Shown here in pieces: positions 59,806 through 64,000 of a stretch of 64,000 bases of DNA. The stretch is from the NCBI GenBank assembly GCA_002269645.1, contig NIVC01001051.1, forward strand, positions 1-64,000. Direction: 5' to 3'. The DNA is from Macrostomum lignano (lineage: Eukaryota). The translations under genes and the position numbers were made by a program. How positions within the stretch are numbered: position 1 is the first letter of the stretch; the number at the start of each line of letters is the position of its first letter. The notes under the pieces are model-generated. The model had not been told where the DNA came from. It saw only the letters and a list, made by a program, of their open reading frames with translations, and searched no databases.

Positions 59806-62791
59806 CTTACAAATTATAATATCGATTTTTATTCAAAGTTTTCCGGTCTGCCTTTCGCCAACGAGGGATAAAGAAAAATTAAAAAAAACAAAGTTTTAAC
59901 TGAGAAGCCATGATTACACATTAATGTCATTATTTCCATCGCAATCACTTTTAGACTAAGTATAGCTCATGTACATTTATTCAATTTGTGTCTCATTCCG
60001 CATAAAATCAGCAAACAGCTGAAAAAAGGCCTGGCCTGCATCTGCACAATACCGATTATTTTCATTCTGCACTGCACAAGTTTGTACTCAGCAACTCGCT
60101 TATCTTTAGCCAGAACAATATCGTGTCCTCAACAGAATCTTCACTTTTTTCAGGGTTTTTATTATGCATAAAATTAGTGTGCGAATCTTCTCTGTCGTAT
60201 CTGTATTGTTTATTGCGCATTTTCGACGCTTTTTGAGACTTATTTTTTGCTAGCTTAGTCTATGCTATGCTTACTATAGCTAATCTCTCTGCTTTTTTTG
60301 TCGCACTTGCTGCATCATTCACTTTCCAGCTGCTTTGGCTTCTGTTTTTCTATGATAAATTGCCGTGAATGAAAATTCGCGGGAAGTCGAGTACTGAAGT
60401 TTCTTTAGAATTGAACTGAAAATCGAACGATGTGCAATAGTGCGTTCTTCGAAGTATTGTATAAGTTGCAATACTGCTACGCGATCCAGCGGTAGCCTAC
60501 TTGAAGTAGGCCTACTTACTTAAAACGCCTGGAATTTGATTTTAATCAAACATTCTTTTGTCCTGGCCCGTGTACAGTTGTGCATTTGCACTACTCGCTG
60601 TCTCAATAATACTGCCTATGTGGCCTAGGCTTATGTGTGCACAAGTTGTTACTTAACTGGCTTGTTAATTTGTTTTTTTTTCATTGCGCGTTCTCGCTTT
60701 TGTTGCCTTGATTTCAGCCTTAACAGTCACGGCTTATGGGTGGAACAGTCTGTTCCTATAGTTTAGATTATACATTTATCATTAAGTAAGTATTCTTATT
60801 CTTACTCTCGAATAGTTCGCCAGTTTGCAGTGTACGGTACTGCCTTTGTTCTTTAGCTCCCAACAAGTTGGTATTGTTTTGCCTATTCTTGCATCGGGCG
60901 CTTTAGTTCTAGAAGTTATTGTAAAACGTTCTATTTTAATAATCGTATATATTGCAGTACATATAGCCCTATTATTTTCTTTAATCGTTTTTGTGCTTGT
61001 TGATAGAGCATGCGAGTTTTGGATCTCTACAATAAACATAAATTCAGAAAATATCGGCAGTTAAAAAAAGCTATTATTTGTCAAATTAATTGAATGCTTG
61101 CTTCTATACTCAACCGTTGCTTTTAATTTTCCTCAATGATGAAGTTAAGGGCTTGTTTAATCACCCTATCAGTGTCGATAGGTAACGACAACCAGTTTCA
61201 CGTGCAATGTACAGGTAAGTACATGTATGTACGCTCATATACTGAGCAAGCAGATCATCCAACCGAGTACCGAGTATTGAAGTAGAAGTTGAGTCGTCAG
61301 TTTTTCTGTAGATTTTTGTGGACTAAAAAATTTGAACCTGCAGGTATATATGCAGTTACATGTATTAGTACTGCCTTGTTGACTCCTTAGCGTTTTACAT
61401 GTATGTAAATTGATTCTACCGATACACTTTCTGTCACAGATACTAGAATAAAAGTACTAATTATTATTTAACTGAACTACTGCTACTGGCACACATCGCT
61501 GGCTCTGTCGATCACTTCGTTGCTTTTAATTGAAACACGAGAGCTCTTCTCCCTTCCAATTCTGGCCAATTTTAGAACACGGGATATTACTCGCGCAGTC
61601 GCGCTTAATACATGGATTAAGTTTCAAGTTTCAAAGTTTTGCTTTAAGTCTGCTTTAACAGTTTTTCAAAAAGTTGTACAAATATTAACAGATAGAATAA
61701 AAAGTGGCTAGCGCATAAAAGGAGTTTAATAGCCCTGTAATAGCAGATTACTTACTGAAGAGTAAATGCTTCGATTTTGCAGCGTGAAACGATTTAATTT
61801 CTTCGTTTTCTTAGAAACTGAGCAACTGAATTTAGGCTTAAGCAGTTTGTTGATTTCGGCAGTTTTGGGCTTGGCAAAGACAAGTGCAATTTTTCAAAGT
61901 GATTTCTCACATTTTCAAACCAATTGAATTGAAATACTATTATCCGGTTTGTTAATTCATAATTATTTCGCTAAAAATTGATTCCAAATATTTAATGCAT
62001 CAATCTCATCAATCTCAAATTATGATATATCAATCTCATACATAGCAATTTGTAGCAAGCAAGAATCTGTACTGTAGGCCTATCTTTGTTATTTGTAGCT
62101 TGTAGTGTAGGGCTAACTATACTGTATAGTATTAATAGCACATATTCAGTTGTTAATTAATTGCCTGACCATTTGGCATTGGCCCTAGTCCTCCTTAAAA
62201 ATGGTTGAGTCGGAAATTTGGCCTTGGCCTATGGCCCCTTGGGTAAATTAGTTATTAATCAAATTTAACATGAAAAATAGACTACTCTAACAATAACATG
62301 GTAAGACTGGGAAGACATAAAGTCTTACAACTTAAGCTTTTCTTATTTTTTACCTTCAAATATAGCTAGTAGGCCACCTAGGCCTATTAGGGGCTTAGGC
62401 AGCCTAGGCCTAGGTAGGCGTAGGCCTATTAAAAAGCATTTAGTTTTTAACTTTTTTACAAAATGTATTCAATCCAAAGACTACAGAAATATATTGGCCT
62501 ATTTCAACAAATACAATTTTTTATATTTACAAAATGACACTTAAATTTGTTAGGGCCTAACTTATATAGGCCTTATTTAAGTCTATAATTCTAGCCTACC
62601 TTTGGCCTTGCTTAAGAAGGGTGCTATTGTGCTAAGCTAAGGGCACTGGATGTTAATCTTTATCTAAAATACCTAGCTTTTTATTTATGGAGTACTTATA
62701 GGCACGGCGGCTGTGTCTATAATATTTGAGCTTATAGGCATAGCAATAATCATCAATATAAAATGCATGTTCTGTAGGGCTTTCTTGCAAG

Positions 62792-62870
62792 CAATTGGTG
62801 GCTTAGTGGATATAGGCCTATCAATTTCCTTATGATTGCGTGCAGCAAGGGTTCAAATCCCAATTGGTCA
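62792..62870 (+). other. Degenerate tRNA-like Pol III head (SINE remnant or tRNA pseudogene)
   Basis: A-box-like TGGCTTAGTGG (62799-62809) and B-box-like GGTTCAAATCC (62850-62860). The cloverleaf stems do not form properly. Confidence 0.4.
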
Positions 62871-63107
62871 AAGATTTTTTTTGAAATTTTTTAGCAAACA
62901 GAAATTTTTCTACCTTGAATTTTTCAGGTTTTTAAATATTAGTTTAAAAAATTTAAATTTATTTTTAATAAGAATAAACTTAATCTTAAAGTGTGGCTGA
63001 TATGTATCGAAAAAAATATTTCTTTTTCATATAATTGTGGCCAAACTTCCAGATTTTGTGTTACTCTTAAAAATTTAATTTAATTTAATTTTTAAAAAAA
63101 TTCAAAT

Positions 63108-63803
63108 TAGAGCTCGAACAGGAGCAGAATTTTCGGGATCGGGCGGGATCGGGATTGAAAATAATTTCGGGATCGGGATTCGGGATTAGTATTCGGGATT
63201 CGGGAATCTGGGATCTGGGAATATATTACTTACTAACTAATGAATCAAGGATTCAAGGATAGTTTTATCTGACTATAAACCCATGAGGGGCTTTTCATAT
63301 TGTCAATTCTTGTTCCAGACCCTTTTTGCAAAGTATAGCCTAAAAATTATCAGAATACTTGATGGAATAGTTAATGGAAAAGTTAGCGGAATACTTAACC
63401 GAAAAGTTAATGGAAAAGTTGACGAAAAAGTTGATGGCCAAAGTTATACTCGTCTTTTTTCTTGTAAAATTCTGTTTCTGGAATCGCTTCGTGAAAAGCC
63501 TCATACTTATTAGTTCGTTATTTACAAGTACAACTCTTTACAAATCTGTTACTAAGTAAAAATCTGCTGCTTTATTTGGTGAATTCAAGGTCAGACTTTC
63601 AACATATTTATAGTTGCTGTTACAAAAATTAGCTTAGTATTGATTACTGCTCTTGATTGTTGAAAGCATCATCTTCATTATCAATCTATTGTGCTCCCGA
63701 ATCCCGAGTTCTCTAAGCCTTCGGGATCCCGATCCCGAATTCCCGAAAAATCTTCGGGATCCCAAGAATTCGAGATTGGGATCGGGATCCCGTTCGAGCT
63801 CTA
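63108..63803. mobile_element. Non-autonomous hAT MITE (696 bp)
   Basis: Perfect 12-bp TIRs TAGAGCTCGAAC / GTTCGAGCTCTA. 8-bp TSD ATTCAAAT at 63100-63107 and 63804-63811. Subterminal CGGGAT repeats at both ends. Confidence 0.9.
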
Positions 63804-64000
63804 ATTCAAATTAAAAACTCCTGAATGACTTCAATTGATTGATATTTTTCATCCAATTGATGATTATATACATAGCAGCCATGCCTATATTAAGCTCCAA
63901 TATTAGAGACACAGCCACCCACTGTGCCTCTAAGTGTGAACCCATTCAATGTTAATGACACAGCTGCTGTGCAAGTTTTATTGACATGGTGACCATGTCT

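Noticed and set aside
60782-61064. Two overlapping hydrophobic ORFs (79 and 85 aa)
   Set aside because: Short, T-rich composition explains the hydrophobicity; no recognisable motif or convincing splice structure.

Overview
Eukaryotic (metazoan) genomic DNA with spliceosomal GT-AG introns. GC-rich, Ala/Gly-rich exons and introns filled with minisatellites resemble a macrostomid flatworm such as Macrostomum lignano (my inference from composition, not a database result). I reconstructed six host genes by hand from splice sites and reading frames: GIPC (-), an unrecognised 129-aa single-pass membrane protein (+, head-to-head with GIPC), an ankyrin-repeat MAP3K19/YSK4-like kinase (-), a GPI-anchored Ly6/uPAR three-finger protein (+), a PP2A B56 regulatory subunit (-) and a CNNM metal transporter (+). 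The central part holds a 10.25-kb hAT transposon (8-bp TSD) whose transposase gene is split by a second, apparently intact 6.4-kb hAT element (perfect 14-bp TIRs, 8-bp TSD). The inner element is the most unusual feature. It carries an ORF with a signal-peptide-like start and a lamin-tail-domain-like module that can splice in frame to a KIAA1586/C17orf113-type transposase (~1320 aa). The window also contains two hAT MITEs, a mariner-type MITE, a 64-bp hairpin element with a 9-10-bp TSD, a foldback-like element, a solo LTR and about 20 tandem arrays, some related to each other. Most long ORFs in the supplied track are artefacts of minisatellites or antisense shadows of GC-rich exons.
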